From contig JAWQFM010000019.1 of NCBI GenBank assembly GCA_033442325.1, positions 826,230-876,229 of the forward strand: DNA of 50,000 bases, written 5' to 3'. Of the stretch, positions 17,647-32,125 are shown in pieces (within the stretch, counting starts at the first letter, position 1; every line of letters begins with the position of its first letter). The position numbers were made by a program, and so were the translations under genes. The notes below the pieces were generated by a model, which was given only the letters and a program-made list of their open reading frames with translations, ran no database searches and was not told the origin of the DNA. Source of the DNA: Salpingoeca rosetta. Taxonomy: Eukaryota > Protista > Choanoflagellata.

Positions 17647-20600
17647 CTAACGGCTGGGGTTGTTGTTGCTGCCACCAGGAGCTGTGGGAGAGTAGGACGG
17701 GGAGGTGGGGGAGTAAGACGGCGATGTGGGAGAGTAGCTGGGCGAGGTTGGGCTGTACGAGGGCGACGTGGGCGAATAGGATGGGGACGTGGGGCTGTAG
17801 CTCGGCGACGTGGGCGAGTATGACGGGGACGTGGGAGAATAGCTCGGGGATGTGGGGCTGTATGAAGGAGACGTAGGCGAGTAGCTTGGTGATGTGGGGC
17901 TGTATGATGGCGATGTGGGGCTGTAGCTTGGGGAGGTTGGGGAGTACGACGGGGAGGTGGGAGAGTAAGACGGCGATGTGGGGGAGTAGCTGGGCGAGGT
18001 TGGGCTGTACGACGGCGACGTGGGCGAGTAAGAGGGGGACGTGGGTGAGTAGCTCGGCGACGTTGGCGAGTAGGACGGCGACGTCGGGGAGTAGGACGGG
18101 GAGGTGGGAGAGTAGGACGGGGAGGTGGGAGAGTAAGACGGCGATGTGGGGGAGTAGCTGGGCGAGGTTGGGCTGTACGAGGGCGACGTGGGCGAGTAAG
18201 AGGGGGACGTCGGGGAGAAAGATGGGGAGGTGGGCGAGTATCCTGGTGATGTCGGTGAGTACGAGGGCGATGTCGGCGACTGGCCTGGCTTGGGCGACGT
18301 CGGGGAGTACCCGGGCGACGTTGGGCTGTACATTGGCGACGCTGCAGCGTCGGCCCTGGGAGACGTCGGGGAGTACCCGGGCGACTGCGGGGCGTAGCGT
18401 GGCGACGCCGGGTTGTACGAGGGCGACATGGCGCCAAACCCTGGCGAGTCCGCCACGGGGCTGCGGCCGGGCGACAGCGTGCCGTCAAAGGCGTGATCCG
18501 GGGTGAACTGGCCCATGATGGGGGTCTGCCCGCCGACGATGGAGGGCGACGCGGCAAAGTGGGCTGGGGTGCGGGCGCTGGTCCACGGCGTTGCCGCGCC
18601 CTCGCCCAGGTCATCGCCTTCCTCTGCACCGAGAATGTCGTCGTCGCCAACCAGGTCCGTGGGGCGGAACGTGATGGCCTGCGACAGCATGTCGCGGTCA
18701 ATAAACAGGTCAAAGTAGCCCGTGCCGACCGGGGCGAGGTTGCCCAGCATGATGTTCTCCGAGACGCCACGCATGGTGTCCGTCTCTGCGTGGGCCGCGG
18801 CCTCAAGCAGAATGTCGACCGTCTCCTCAAAGGAGGCTCGCATCAGGGCGCCGGTGCTCTGGCGGTTGATGCCGTGGCGCGTGATGGCCATCAGGCTGCC
18901 CTTGTTCGTCATAATGTCGCACAGCAGCGACAGGTGGCGGTAGTTGACGTTGGCGCCGCCAGACGTCACGACGTTGATAATCTCGTTCTCCACGGCCTTG
19001 CGCGCCGCCTCAATGCCAAACACCTGGAACACCTCCACAATGTCGTTGGTGGACGAGTTTTCCGGGTCGACGTGCGGGTGCGAGAGCACCTTGGCCAGGC
19101 TGGAGCCGTCCGTCTCGATGATCCAGCCAGACTTACTCTGGAAGGTGCCGTTCTCGTCATAGTAGCGCTTGAGCTTCTCCGGCTCCTTGGTCTCCGGCTT
19201 TGAGATGTACCCGCGCGAGATCTCCTCCACGCCCTTGAGGTGCAGGTTCTTCAGCAGCCGCTCCTCCACCAGGCGCAGCAGGCGGTCCGCGGACATGAAG
19301 TCCTCCATGCCCTCCTCGTTCTCCTCCACCTTGGTCAGGCGGATGCGCATCACCTTCTGCTTGGCAGCGGCGTTGGTCGTGTACACGCACTTGACCGTCG
19401 ACTCGAGGTACGACTCAATCTTCTCCTCAATCATGTCGCAGGACACGTCGCGCAGGGTCATCTGCACCGAGTCAAGCTCCAGCCGCAGCACCCAGGGGGA
19501 CAGGTCCTCGGGGTGGTAGTCTGGGTCGTCAAAGTAGTCCTGCAGAAACTCGAGGTCCTCTTGGATGATGGTGTTGCGCTCGTCCGGGTCAAAGCAGATG
19601 CTGCTCTTCTTCACCACGGCACTGAGTGGGGTGTACTCGAGGTCGTACAGGCAGCGCAGCGCGAGCGTCTCGTTGTCGCTGGCCTGCTCGTCCAGGAACA
19701 GCAGCATGCTTGGCGTCTTGGGGTTGCGAGACACGTTGATGATCTCCTTGAGGCGCGGCACGCCGAGCGTGACGTTCTTGGCGGAGTAACCGGCCTGGTG
19801 GAACGTGTTGAGCGTCATCTGCGTGGTTGGCTCGCCGAGGCACTGGGCCGCCAGCGGGCCCACCATCTCCGCGGGCTGCGCCTGCGACTGCGCAAACCTG
19901 TGCTCAATCTCGCCCAGCACCCACTCAAACGCCTCGCGCGTGAGGCGGTGCTCGTGGATGAGGCGGTTTGTGGCCAGCATGGAGCGCAAGTGGCAGCAAA
20001 ACTGCAGCGTGGTCGACTCCTGCGCGGCGACGCTGATGGGGTCGTCGCCCGGCACCACGATCAGCTTTTTTGTGAGCGCGTTGATGGAGGTGAGCGCGTA
20101 CAGCGGGTTGAGGTCCGAGGGCTGCGTGCCGTCAATGTGGAACAGCTTCTGCGCGTTCCACAGCAGGCGGTGCAGGTTGACGGGGAGGACGACCGTCTCG
20201 TTGCCGCGGTCGTGCACCTTGCGCAGCTCGTCGCGGTCGCGGATGAGCTGCTCGTACTCGTCCAGCAGCTGCTGCGCGGCGTCCTGCGACGCGGCCAGGT
20301 CGTCCACCACGTCCTCCGTCAGGAAGCGCCGCAGGGAGCGGGTGTTGGCGACGTTGGTGAGGAAGCGTTTCTCAAACGTGGCGTTGTCGAGCTTGAGGGT
20401 GAGTGACTGCGACTCGACGAGGGCGCCGTCCATGCCGTCCTCGCCGTAGTGCAGCTGCACCAGGTCGCCCGTGGAGTTGCGCACGGTGCCGTCGTACTCC
20501 AGGCGCAGGCCCTCCATGGACTTGACCAGCCGCCGCTGGATGTACCCGGTCTCGGCCGTCTTCACGGCCGTGTCAATCAGACCCTCGCGCCCGCCCATGG

Positions 20601-22634
20601 CGTGAAAGAAAAACTCGTGCGGCTCGAGCCCTTGGATGTAGGAGCTGAAGACAAACCCGCACGCGTGCGGGCCGTAGTCGTCCTTGACAAAGTGCGGCAG
20701 GCTGCGGTGCCGAAAGCCAAAGGGGATGCGCTTGCCCTCCACGTTCTGCTGCGAGACGCAGGCGATGATCTGGGAGATGTTGATCTCGCTGCCCTTGGAC
20801 CCGGCGGTGGACATGGCCTTGAAGTTGTTGTGCTCGGAGAGCGCCTTCTGCACGGCGCCACCCGTCTTCTTGATGACCTGGTTAAGGTTCTTGTTCACCT
20901 TGGCCTCAAACGTCTGGCGGATGGTGTGGCCGGGCGACGGCTCAATCTTGTCCAGCTGCGCGTCCTGGATGAGCTCGTTCACCTTCTCGTTGGCCGCCGC
21001 CTTCTCGCTGTCAATTGTGTCGTAGGTGTGCGTGTCGGCAATGGCGTCGCCGATGCCGATGCTGTGGCCGTGGATGAGGAGCCAGTTGTTGACCACCGTC
21101 TGCACGTTGCCGTAAAACTGGCGGGCGCGCTCGTGGCCGTGCTCCATCATGATGACGTGGATGACGCCGTTGGCGCGCGCGCCCATCGTCTTCTTGCACA
21201 GGATGCCGGAGATGAGCTTGCCGTTCTGGATCAGCACGCGCGTGTCGTGCTGGGTGATGTGGGTGGCGTCCTCCGCCTCAATCACGTTGCCGTCCTTGTC
21301 CCGCGGCGTGTCGACGGAGCCGTCGTGCTGGCTGTAAAACTGCACCAGGTTGATCTTGTCCGGCAGCACCATGGACACGAGCTGCTTGCCGGTCCACAAC
21401 TCCTTTGGCTTGAGCAGCGCAGGCTCCGGCAGGCGGCCGTCCCAGTTGGGGTACCACATGAGCAGCTGCATCATGTCGTCCTTCTCGATGAATGTGTCGC
21501 GGAACGTGAGCTTGCGGATGGCCGTCAGCGTATCCTGGATGATACCCATCACAGGCCGGTTGGCCTGCGGCGTCAAAATGTTCCGCTGCACCATCATAAT
21601 CTCCTCGACCTGTTGCCCGGGAGAAGGGGGGGGGAGGTGGAGGAATGGAAACGGAAGGAACAGAATCGAGCACGTGCATGAGTGAGTGTGTGAGTGAGTG
21701 GGCGAAAAGAAAGAGATAGGCGGGGAGGGGTTCAGAGAAAAGAGGAGGGGAGGACGACAAACAAACACACACAAAGAAAGAGAGAGAGAGAGAGAGAGCA
21801 GCAGCAGCAGCAGCAGCAGCACGCATGAAACTTATTCACACGCAGCAGCACGCATACAGAAGCACACACACAGCAGCACACACACAAACACATACAGAGG
21901 CACGCATACATCCACACAGCACATGCTGCTCGTACCTCCGCGCGGGTGCCGAGGGATTGTGGCACGTGCAAGTTCATTTCATCGCCATCGAAATCGGCGT
22001 TGTACGGGGAGGTGACACTGAGGTTCATGCGGAAGGTTGACCACGGCAGAACCTTGACGCGATGGCCCATCATGGACATCTTGTGCAGGGTTGGCTGTCG
22101 GTTGAAGATGATGACATCGTCGTCCTTGAGATGCCGCTCAACAATGTACCCGGGCTGGAGGTTGAGATCCATGGCGTTGCGCGCGTGCCGCAGATCGATG
22201 CGCTGCCCGTCATCGCGGATGATGTACTTGGCGCCCGGATGCTGGTTTGGGCCGCGGTCAACATACTGCTTCATGGTGTTGATGTTGAAGTTGGTCACCC
22301 GCTCCGGCACTGTCAGCGTCAGCGCCACGGATGTCGGCACGCCAACCTGCAGCGAGCACAAGAGTTGAGGATGAGGCAGGCCAGCAAATGCACATGGTGT
22401 TTGTGTTGCGACACACAAACGCACACACGAAAGCAAGTGTACAGCAAATACACAGCGGCGCCGCGCGTGCACACCTGGTCAATCTCGAGGTTTGGGTCTG
22501 GGTTGATGACGGTACGTGCGCTAAAGTCGACGCGCTTTCCCATGAGGTTCCCGCGGATTCGGCCCTCTTTGCCCTTGAGGCGCTGCGAGATGGCCTTGAT
22601 GGGGCGCCCAGATTTCTGCCGTGGACGGGTTAGG

Positions 22635-22715
<81 letters not shown>

Positions 22716-24820
22716 TGTGTGTGTGTGTGGGTGTGTTGTGCCATGGTGAGCGTGAACGTGGAGGTGGTGGGAAGCAGAGGCATGTGTTGTGGATTCGTAT
22801 GGGCGAGAGAAAATAGCAACATGGACAGCGCAGAGAACAAATAGAGCATGCGTCGGAAGTGTGTGGCGGGGTGGGAAATGGACGAGTGCACACACACACA
22901 CACACACACACGAGCACATGCCAAAAAGGAAACAAGGGTGGCACAAGCAACGCATTGCACAAGCGACACAGTGCAACAAAGCGAAGAAGCAAAGCAGGGC
23001 CATGTTGGTGGATGTGGTGGGCTCACCTGCATGGACATGGGCATGTGTGGGAGGTTGTTGTCGAAGAGGGTGGCCACCTTGAACTGGAGGTAGAGCACGT
23101 TCTCCTCAATCACGTGCCGTGGCGCACCGCTCTGCTCGTTCTCGCGCAGGCCGTTGTTTGCCTTGACAATCTCTGCGTACTGGTTGGTGAGGTCATCGTG
23201 GCTGCGGCCACCGCTGCCCATCTGCACGGAAGGGCGCACGGCGAGCGGGGGCACGGGCAGGCAGGTGATCATAAGCCAGTCCGGGCGCGTGTGATGGGGG
23301 TCAAAGCCCAGCGCCTCGGCATCGGCGTGGCTGATGTTGTGCAGAAGCTCGTAAATTTCTTCCGTCGACATGGTGCGCTGTGACATGCATTGCATGCACA
23401 CGTTTGCGTTTGTTGAGAGAGGGGGAAGGGTCGTGCAGAGAAGGTTGCATTGATGTGAGGTGGCGTCGGTGTGAGGTGGCGTTGGTGCGGTGTGAGAGGG
23501 GAGAGAGAGAGAGAGGCAAAACAAGTGTTGAAAAGGCAGATGAGGTGACAAACGGGGCAAGGAGGTATACAGAGCACGTGCATGAAGGAAGGTGTGTGCC
23601 ACGAGAACGCAGAACAAGACAAGGCAGCCATTCAAGCACACACCAAAAACACACAAAACAAAAAACACACAAAACACAACACATGCACACATTCACGAAG
23701 CATACACAACCAAAGCACACGAGCACACGCCTCCACCGCCTTCCTCGGAAGCTTCCTGTTGTGAGCTGCTGGACTCACCGCTGTGACAAGACCGTTGTCG
23801 TCCTTTGTCTCCATGATGATTTCGAGCGTATGCCCGGGCTCAGTAGAGCGACGCACGGACTTTGGCTGCTCGGCACCGCACCCCGAGTGGCCCTGCTTCT
23901 CAAGCTCCTCCTCTGGGCTGAGCTGGATGTCGTCTGGCCTGTCGTCGTCCATCCCTGTTCCGGCCTCGCACACCTTGCGGCCAGCACACTTCTTGGCAAT
24001 GGCCTTGAGCCGCTTCTTGGGGTCGTTCTTCGTGCGGCGCAGAATCTCCTTCACCTCATCATCCGACAGGTCAACCAGCAGCTGCACATGGTGGTTGTGG
24101 TTGTGTGAATGGTGCGTGAGGACAGACAAACGGCATTCTCAACGAGACAACAGCAGCAACCCACCCAGAAAAGCACCAGCGCGAACCAGCACTGCCACAA
24201 GAGCAGGATCATTAGCCATGGGGGAGTATGAGCATGGGGTATTGAGGTTTTGTGAAGCGGACCTTTGAGCACGACTTGCAGATGCAGCGAAGAACCTGCA
24301 CAATCTTGCTGATCATGCCAACGTGGACGACGGGCTTGGCCAGGTCGATGTGGCTGTGCAGAACACGTGGATGCAAGCAGGTGTGTGCATGTGTGAGCAT
24401 GTCGCAAGAGAAGAGGCAGAATGCAACCACATCAAACTATCAAGGGAGAAGGAACCAGCAGCGTCACAGAAGAGCAAACCACACCACGCAGCCGAGACAC
24501 GCATGCACAGGGAAGTTGGGCCACTTGAAAATACACACGCACACGCACGCACGCACGCACGCACGCACACACACACATTCTCTCTCGGTCACTCTGTCAC
24601 CGACCCGCACCCACACACACACCCACACACACATAATCCCCACTCCACCCAAACTACACTCACCCAAAGTGTCCCGGGCATTCCGAGGCGGTGCCATGGC
24701 ACGTCTCACAGCGAAGGTCGCGATCAATGGGGCCCATGCGAGGGTCACTCAGGCCACCAGGCTTTGGTACGCCATTCTCCTGGTGCTCTGGCGTGGTGAT
24801 CTCGCACACGGAACCGGCTG

Positions 24821-24893
<73 letters not shown>

Positions 24894-25151
24894 TGTTGGC
24901 CAGGAGTGAGTGGAGGTGACCCAAGATAGAAAGGGAGCCGCAAACCACCTGTGGGCATGGCCTTACCCATAATCACAGCAGCGCATTCCGCACACTCGCT
25001 CACACGTTCTTGACATGACACATCTCAAATGCATGCACACACACACACGCACGCACACACCCTTGATCTCGTCGGGGCTGAGAATGCCAAACTTGATGCG
25101 CTTGGCCTTGCGCAGCGGCGCCACAGATGGGCGCTCCGCAAACGTCACCAT
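17647..25151 (-). CDS. RPB1: DNA-directed RNA polymerase II largest subunit, multi-exon
   Basis: N-terminal [12 protein letters not shown] and zinc site CETC..CPGHFG; [26 protein letters not shown]; active site NADFDGD; bridge helix [31 protein letters not shown]; trigger loop TQMTLNTFH; C-terminal YSPTSPS heptads. Confidence 0.98.
17674..18400 (-). repeat. Pol II CTD heptad array: 24 consecutive YSPTSPS plus about 7 flanking heptads (mostly variant)
   Basis: Translation of ORF 17647..21822. The F codon at 18217-18219 and the last Y codon at 17692-17694 are 525 nt (25 heptads) apart. Confidence 0.95.
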
Positions 25152-26141
25152 GCTGACTTATGTGTGTCTAAATCACCACTCGACAGCTCAGGTCAATGCC
25201 AAAGTCTGCATGTGTGTGTGTGTGTGTGTGAGTGTGTTTGAGTGTGTGTGTGTGAGTGTGTGTGTGTGTTTGATAGGGCGCATGTTGAGTGTGTTTGAGA
25301 AGGTAAGCATGGCACGAAACAATGACAACAGGGAGAGCGTGCACACAACCACAACGTCATGAGCATGTCTGTTGGTCGTGCGTATGCTTCTCTGTCAGGC
25401 CCAACATAATCACACACACAGACGGTTATGTTGTGACGACCGTGCTCAGTCCACAAATATGGGAAGCGCACACTCACATCAATGGCAATCACGGTGCGAA
25501 GGCGGAGAGAACCGGTGCACCACCACCAATTGTATGCGCTTGCGGCGTTTCAAGAGCACTCAACCCTTCCCTTCCCCAAGCTGCACCCCTCCAATCAATC
25601 CAGGAGACGAGGGAGAGCGTGCAGTGCTCCTGCGCCGTCGCTGGACAAGCGAGCACACCAACCAAGCAAAAGAGCAGTTCAGAGAGCGGCGTTCGCCTTC
25701 TTCTTCCCCTTTTCCACCGCACACGACACCAGCGCCTGCAGTAAATGGTCTGCTTCACTTCAACCCGCTCGCTTTTCTCTCGCAGTGTGTGCGCACCACA
25801 CACAACGAAAAAGTTACGACGTATCCACCACGTCTGCATGGAATCAATTTTATTTTTTTATTTTTTTCTGGGTGGAGATCGTGCGCAGATACGAGACAAC
25901 CAACAAAAGCAGCACTCGACAACGACAACCACAGCAGCCTGTGGCTGTCAGAGAGACTCACATCAATCCGGCTGGCTCACATCTACACAAGCGTGTGAGG
26001 GTGAACGAACACAGCCACACCCACACCCACACCCACACCCACACGTACACCCCACACAGCAAGCAACCACGCACATACTCACACTCGCTCACAGTTCCAA
26101 AGAAGACACATACCACAACACCACAACACAAAGAGGCAAAG

Positions 26142-26501
26142 ATGTACAACGGAGTTGGCTTGACCACGCCGCGTGGCAGTGGCACCAACGGGTATGTGCA
26201 GCGGAACATGTCCATGATCCGTCGCTCACGGCCACAGCAGCAACAGCAACAACAGCAACAACACCAGCCTGGTGGCCCACCACACGCCATCCCAACAGCG
26301 CTCACACGCGCGCCTGATCAGGGGATCCTCGACCACTACCGTCGCCGCGAGATTGAACTCAAGTGCGCAGAGCTGGAGGATTCCATGACGGAGCAAGGCT
26401 GCACAGAGGACGAGATTGAGGCAAAGGTTGACGAGTATCGTGCACAGCTCCTCGAGAAGTTCCATGCCGCCAACATCCAGAAGCACGGAAAGTAAGGTTT
26501 C

Positions 26502-26592
<91 letters not shown>

Positions 26593-27834
26593 ACATGCAC
26601 GTGGCTGCTTTTGCTTGCGTCGCTGCTTGCTTGCGTGCTTTTGCTTACGCCGCTGCTTGCTTGTGTGCTTTTTTTCTTGCTTCGCGCGCTCACGCGTCCT
26701 CCTTCCATTGGCTGCAGGCATATGGGCACCCATGAAGAGGCGGCTGCCAACCAGGTGAAGAACGAGCGCCTCAAGTCTGCCTTTGGCATCGCCTCCGATT
26801 TCCAACACGGCGAATCCTTCAACGAGGACATGCAGAAGCAGCGCCGCGAAGAGCGCCGTGCCGCGCGACAGGCGGTACGTGTGATCATGCGCATTGGTGG
26901 TCAACACTGTGGATCGTTTCTTCTCCCCCGTTCTGTGTGTGCTCGTCCGTTTGTTCATGCTCCCACATCCCCCTTTCAATATCAGCAACGCTTCAGTGAT
27001 GTCAATGATCTCACCCCTTGCCATTCCTCGCTCCGCTCCTTGTCATCGCTGCCATGTTCTTCTTTTTCCCCCTGCTGTTCCTCCTCCCCCATGTTTGTGC
27101 CGTCCTCTGTCTTGTCCGCCTCCTCACTTCCTCCTACCTCGCTTCCTACTTCCTTCGCCGCTGCATCGCTGCCATCGCCGCTACCGTCGCCCCATCAGCG
27201 CTATGAGCAGCGCAAGGCCGAGCGCGAGCAGCGGGCCCGCGAGCGTGAGGAGCGCTCTCATCGCCGCTACCGTCGCCACAGCCGCAGCAGGAGCCGCAGC
27301 AGGAGCCGGAGCCGCACGCCCCCGCGCCACCGCCGCCGCCACCGCCGTGACAGCCGGGATGAGCGCGATGAGCGCGATGAGCGGCGCCGGAGCGACGACC
27401 GCCGTGGAGAACGCGAGCATGGCGGCGCACATGATGATGCACGTGTCACGCGTGACGCTGAGGAGGTGCGCACGAGCCCGCGCCCTGCCCGTGACGGTGG
27501 CGATGCTGATGCTGATGCTGATGCTGATGCCGCCCGTGATGGCGGTGACGCCCGCGCAGATGTGGGCGGAAGTGAAGAGCGACGCGGTGGTCGCCAGCGG
27601 TCAGGCAGCCGCCGCCACAGCCGCGACGTGAGGGAAGACAGCGCTGAGAAACACCGCCGCCGTCGCCGTCGTCACAGCAGTGGCAGCAGCAGCAGTGGCA
27701 GCTCGTCATCGTCGTCGTCGAGTGGGTCTGATTCCGATTCGGGCTCAAGCTCATCCAGCAGCAGCAGTGGCAGCGATGACAGCCGTCGCCGTCGCCGTCG
27801 CCACCGCCGCCACTCCGCGTCCCCACGCCGCTAA
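26142..27834 (+). CDS. CWC21: CWC21/SRRM2-like splicing coactivator (cwf21 domain plus RS/Ser-rich tail); ~380 aa; exons 26142-26491, 26718-26874, 27199-27834
   Basis: Diagnostic start MYNGVGLTTPRGSGTNGYVQRN; ILDHYRRREIELKCAELEDSMTEQG..EIEAKVDEYRAQL; KNERLKSAFGI; RSRSRSRSRSRTP tail. Confidence 0.93.
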
Positions 27835-28287
27835 TTGTCGCGCTGGGTGTGTGTGTGTGTGTCTGTGTGTGTCTGTGTGTCTGTGTGTCTGTGTGTCTGT
27901 GTGTGTGTCTGTGTGTGTATCTGTCTGTCTATCTTTGCCTGCGTCTATCTGTGTCTGAGCCCTTGTGGTCTGCGTTGCCCCTTCGATAGCCCTGTCTTCT
28001 GCTCCCCACCCCCCCCCCTCTCTCTCTCGAACAGTGTGCTTTTCTCTTGTTCCTTTTCAAGAACTATGGTTGGTTTTCAATAACGAAAGACGATTGTGTG
28101 CGAGCAACAACAGTAAAAGCGCGAACTTTTCAACACACATGGCATGAAGAACACGTCACACACACACACACACGCACACACACACACACACACGCACACA
28201 CACCCTGCTTGCTTGCTTGCAACCAGCACCACCACCACCATCAACATAACCACCATCGCCACCACCACCATCAACAACACGCCCAGC

Positions 28288-29048
28288 TCAGAATCCGCGT
28301 GCGCCCCAGACGTCGTCGTGGCGGTCGATGCCTCCGCGCCGCATCCCACCGCCGCCGCCGCCGCCGCCCATGGGCGAAAACCCCGTGCTGAAGCCAACGT
28401 CGCTCGTGTCAAGCCCGGCACCACGCGGGGTCATCCCTGTACCGTACATGTGCGAATCGTCAACGCCACCGCCGCCGCCACGGCGTGCTGCCGCTGATGA
28501 CGATGATGGCGGGGCGTGGGCAGGGGTGCTCGTCGGGTGGTCGTGCGAGCGCACAGCAGACTCAGGCAACGTCACGGGCTGGCAGCACAGGAGAGAAAAC
28601 AACAACGCGTGAGGGGAGGGCCAGCGTGTCGAGTGCAGGTGCAATTCGCGGGGCGAAACGCAAAGCATGATATGACGGTGGAGCAAGATGTTTCTGCATG
28701 AGAAGCGAGTGGGTCGTGCACATTGGCGACGTCGCCTTGTCCGCGAAACAAGCAACGTCACGAACATCTCAACAATACGTGGAGACTGTGGGCGTACCTT
28801 GTGGAACATGTTCTGGCCAAACTGCTCTGCAATGACGGAGAAGCGGTCCTTTGCGCCGTCCAGCCGCTTCGACAACTGCCACACCATAAGCACGACCCAT
28901 GATGGCATGACGTGTGACGTGTGACGTGTGAGCGCAGGTGAGGGAGAGGAAATATTGGAGGTGAGGGGTGGGCTACGCACGATAAGACATTAACGTGAAG
29001 AGATGCAAGACGAAAGGGGTTCTGACGGCCTTCCGTCACCCTCTATCC

Positions 29049-29136
<88 letters not shown>

Positions 29137-29939
29137 CACAAACACATGCACACATGCACAAACACATGCACACACACACACACCTGGTCGTAGTTTTGGC
29201 CGGCCTGTTCGTGGGACCTGAGCTTGGTCATGACCATGTGGTGTTCGTCGCGGCACCGCGTGCACTCGTTCTCGTTTGGGATGCAGTCCCAGTGGTACGA
29301 GTGCCCACACAGGAAATGCACGACGGGCAGCGTCAATGGCCGCGGGCACTGCGAACACTTGTTGTCCTGGTAGTCGCGGAGAGGGAGGGAGCACGAGCAG
29401 AAGAACAGGAATATGTGAGGCGCTCAATCTGCGCAGGTGTGCACGTGGGCGAAACGCGTGCAAACACTGCGTGCAACCATTATGACACCGCCCCCGCCAA
29501 ACTAGCACCACGACACCCATGCCATAAGCCCCCACACCTGGAAGACGCGGGCCTGTGTTCGCAGCTGCTCAATCTCTGCCCGCATCGCCTCGCTCTTGCC
29601 ACGATACTGTGCATGCAATACAGCGCGATCAGTTGGTCGGGAGCAGAGGGTGACGGTGAGTGGCAAGGCAAGAAGAAGCTCGCACACAAGGTCACAGCTG
29701 CCGCACACGAGCAGGGCGGCTGGCACGCATGAACATTCTACTTCAGATTTGCACTCACGCGCTGGATCTGGCGCTCATCGCCGTCAATGGACTTCATCTC
29801 GTCGTTGAGCCGCTTCGTAAAGTAGTCCTGAGGTGTAGCGGGCGGTAGGTAGTGTAAGCATGGCGGGGTGAGCAATGAAACGGTGGTGGTCGCACGCGCA
29901 CGTGGCCATGCATACAACACACGTACACACACACACACG

Positions 29940-29992
<53 letters not shown>

Positions 29993-31053
29993 GCACACAC
30001 ACACACACACGCACGCACACGCACACACACGCACACACACAACACACACAACACACACACGCACACGCACGCACGCGCGCGCGAGTATCATTCTTCATAT
30101 GGGCGCGTGGCGTGCACCTCACCTTGACGGATGCGAGGGTGACCATGTCGTTTCGGGCGAGGATTTCAATGACCATGAGCGGCGGGAGCAGGTTGTTGTC
30201 GTTAATGTACTCCAGCACCTGCTTCATGTACTTGCGGCAGCCTTCCTCGTCCCCTGAGAGAAAGCGTGGTGCCACGCATCAGAGCAGTGTTGAGGGAGGC
30301 GTTTGAGGAAGTGCATGCATGTGAATGAAACCTCCAAAGCGAGCCGCAACACCATACGAGTGTACTTCAAACCCACAAGCGCCCTCAAATAAGCGCACAC
30401 AACTGCGTGCCATTACAAGAGGGTTCACAAGCGCATCCACACTCACCTGCGAAGAATTCAAGCGCTTGCACCCAGAGGGCCGTGTCCGCAGCGCCGTACG
30501 TCCGGCACGCGCTAATCACATCTGGTGGATGCACAGACACGCGCACACGCACACACACACATGGAGGAAAGGAGCCATTGAGCCGCAGGGAGATAGTGCA
30601 TCGAGGGTGCGCCGCTTCTGGAACAGCAGTGGAACACACCACATCCACATCCACATCCACATCTACATCTACATCCACATCCACACCCACATACACATCC
30701 ATATCCACATCCACATCCACATCCACACCAGCACGCGACGCACCTGCGTAAGCCTTCTTCTCCATGTAGTAGCGGACAATCTGCTGGTACTGCTTGGTGC
30801 GGCCAAAGAGGTAGAGGATGCCCTCCTTGAAGTCGTACATCTGCGTGAGGATCATGGCCTGGTACTCGTCGTACTTGCCGTGGCTTCGCAGCAGCGCCAT
30901 CACCCGCGCGTCGCGGTCCGCCTCCTCCGCAGCAGTCGCTGCCGAAAAAAATAATTCCACAACAGGCGGTGGTCACAAATGCGGTGGTGACAGGGGCAGA
31001 GGGCGGTGCGGGGGTGAGAGAAATGATGGTGTGGCAACATGTGATATCAAGGG

Positions 31054-31129
<76 letters not shown>

Positions 31130-31961
31130 GTGTTGTGTTGTTATTGGCAGAGGGAAGGCGAACAGCAGAACTAGATGCGAGTGTGCGAAATGCAGGGGTG
31201 TGCTCACCTGGCTTTTCACGCAAGTACAGCTCCAACAGCGTGTCGTAAGCGGCCTTCTTCATGTCGCTCTTGTTCTGCACACGCAAGCAAGAGAGTGGAG
31301 TGGTGGTGGGGCAAAAACAGCCACAGAAGGCCAGGTGTTGCAGGCAGATCAGGCGGCGGAAGTGGAGCACGAAACAACAAGGGGACCGCCCACACAACGT
31401 GGAAAGCAGCCAGAGAGATGGAGAAGCGACCAACTGTCGCCGTCGCCATCACCCACTACCATCAATGTCACCGCCACGGCAACACTACAAGTGTCACATC
31501 AGCGCACCTCGACCATGTATTGGAGGAACTGCCTGAGCTGGGGCACGTTGTCGACAAAGAGCTGAATAAAGTCCTCGGGGTCCGCTGGTGGTTTGGAGCG
31601 GTTGCGCCGGCCCTTGCGCCCGCCACCGCTGCACACTGATGGTGGTGGCAGGGTTTGGCCATGTAACGTGGCGTGGATGTGCGATGAGGGTTGCTGTGAG
31701 GTGGTTCCATGAAAAAAGGGGCAGCAGTGGGGCAAACTCGGGCACCTGCAGACGGCTGCTGCGCACACCAATGCATATATCCAGCACGTCCACCATCCAT
31801 GCAACTCATCCATACTCACCGTCGACGTCTGTGTTTGGTTTGTAGTCTGTGCACAGCCGCTTGAGGAGTTCCGTGGCCTCGTTTGGCAGTGCCGCCACCA
31901 GCTGTTTCCCAAACTGCTGCATGCTCTCTTTCGCCTGGCGAGGTGTCGAGTGCCACACAGT

Positions 31962-32035
<74 letters not shown>

Positions 32036-32037
32036 GG

Positions 32038-32125
<88 letters not shown>

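Noticed and set aside
17690-18330. Regularly spaced 21-bp repeats resembling a CRISPR array or minisatellite
   Set aside because: They encode the Pol II CTD heptads; there are no unique spacers and no cas genes.
24949-24961. Possible RPB1 micro-exon (AMPT)
   Set aside because: Exon 1 (ending 25061, phase 1) joins 24817 directly to give EIKAGSVCEI, which matches the conserved spacing.
30638-30728. (ACATCC)n as a telomere-like repeat
   Set aside because: It is intronic, degenerate and not TTAGGG-like; an ordinary microsatellite.
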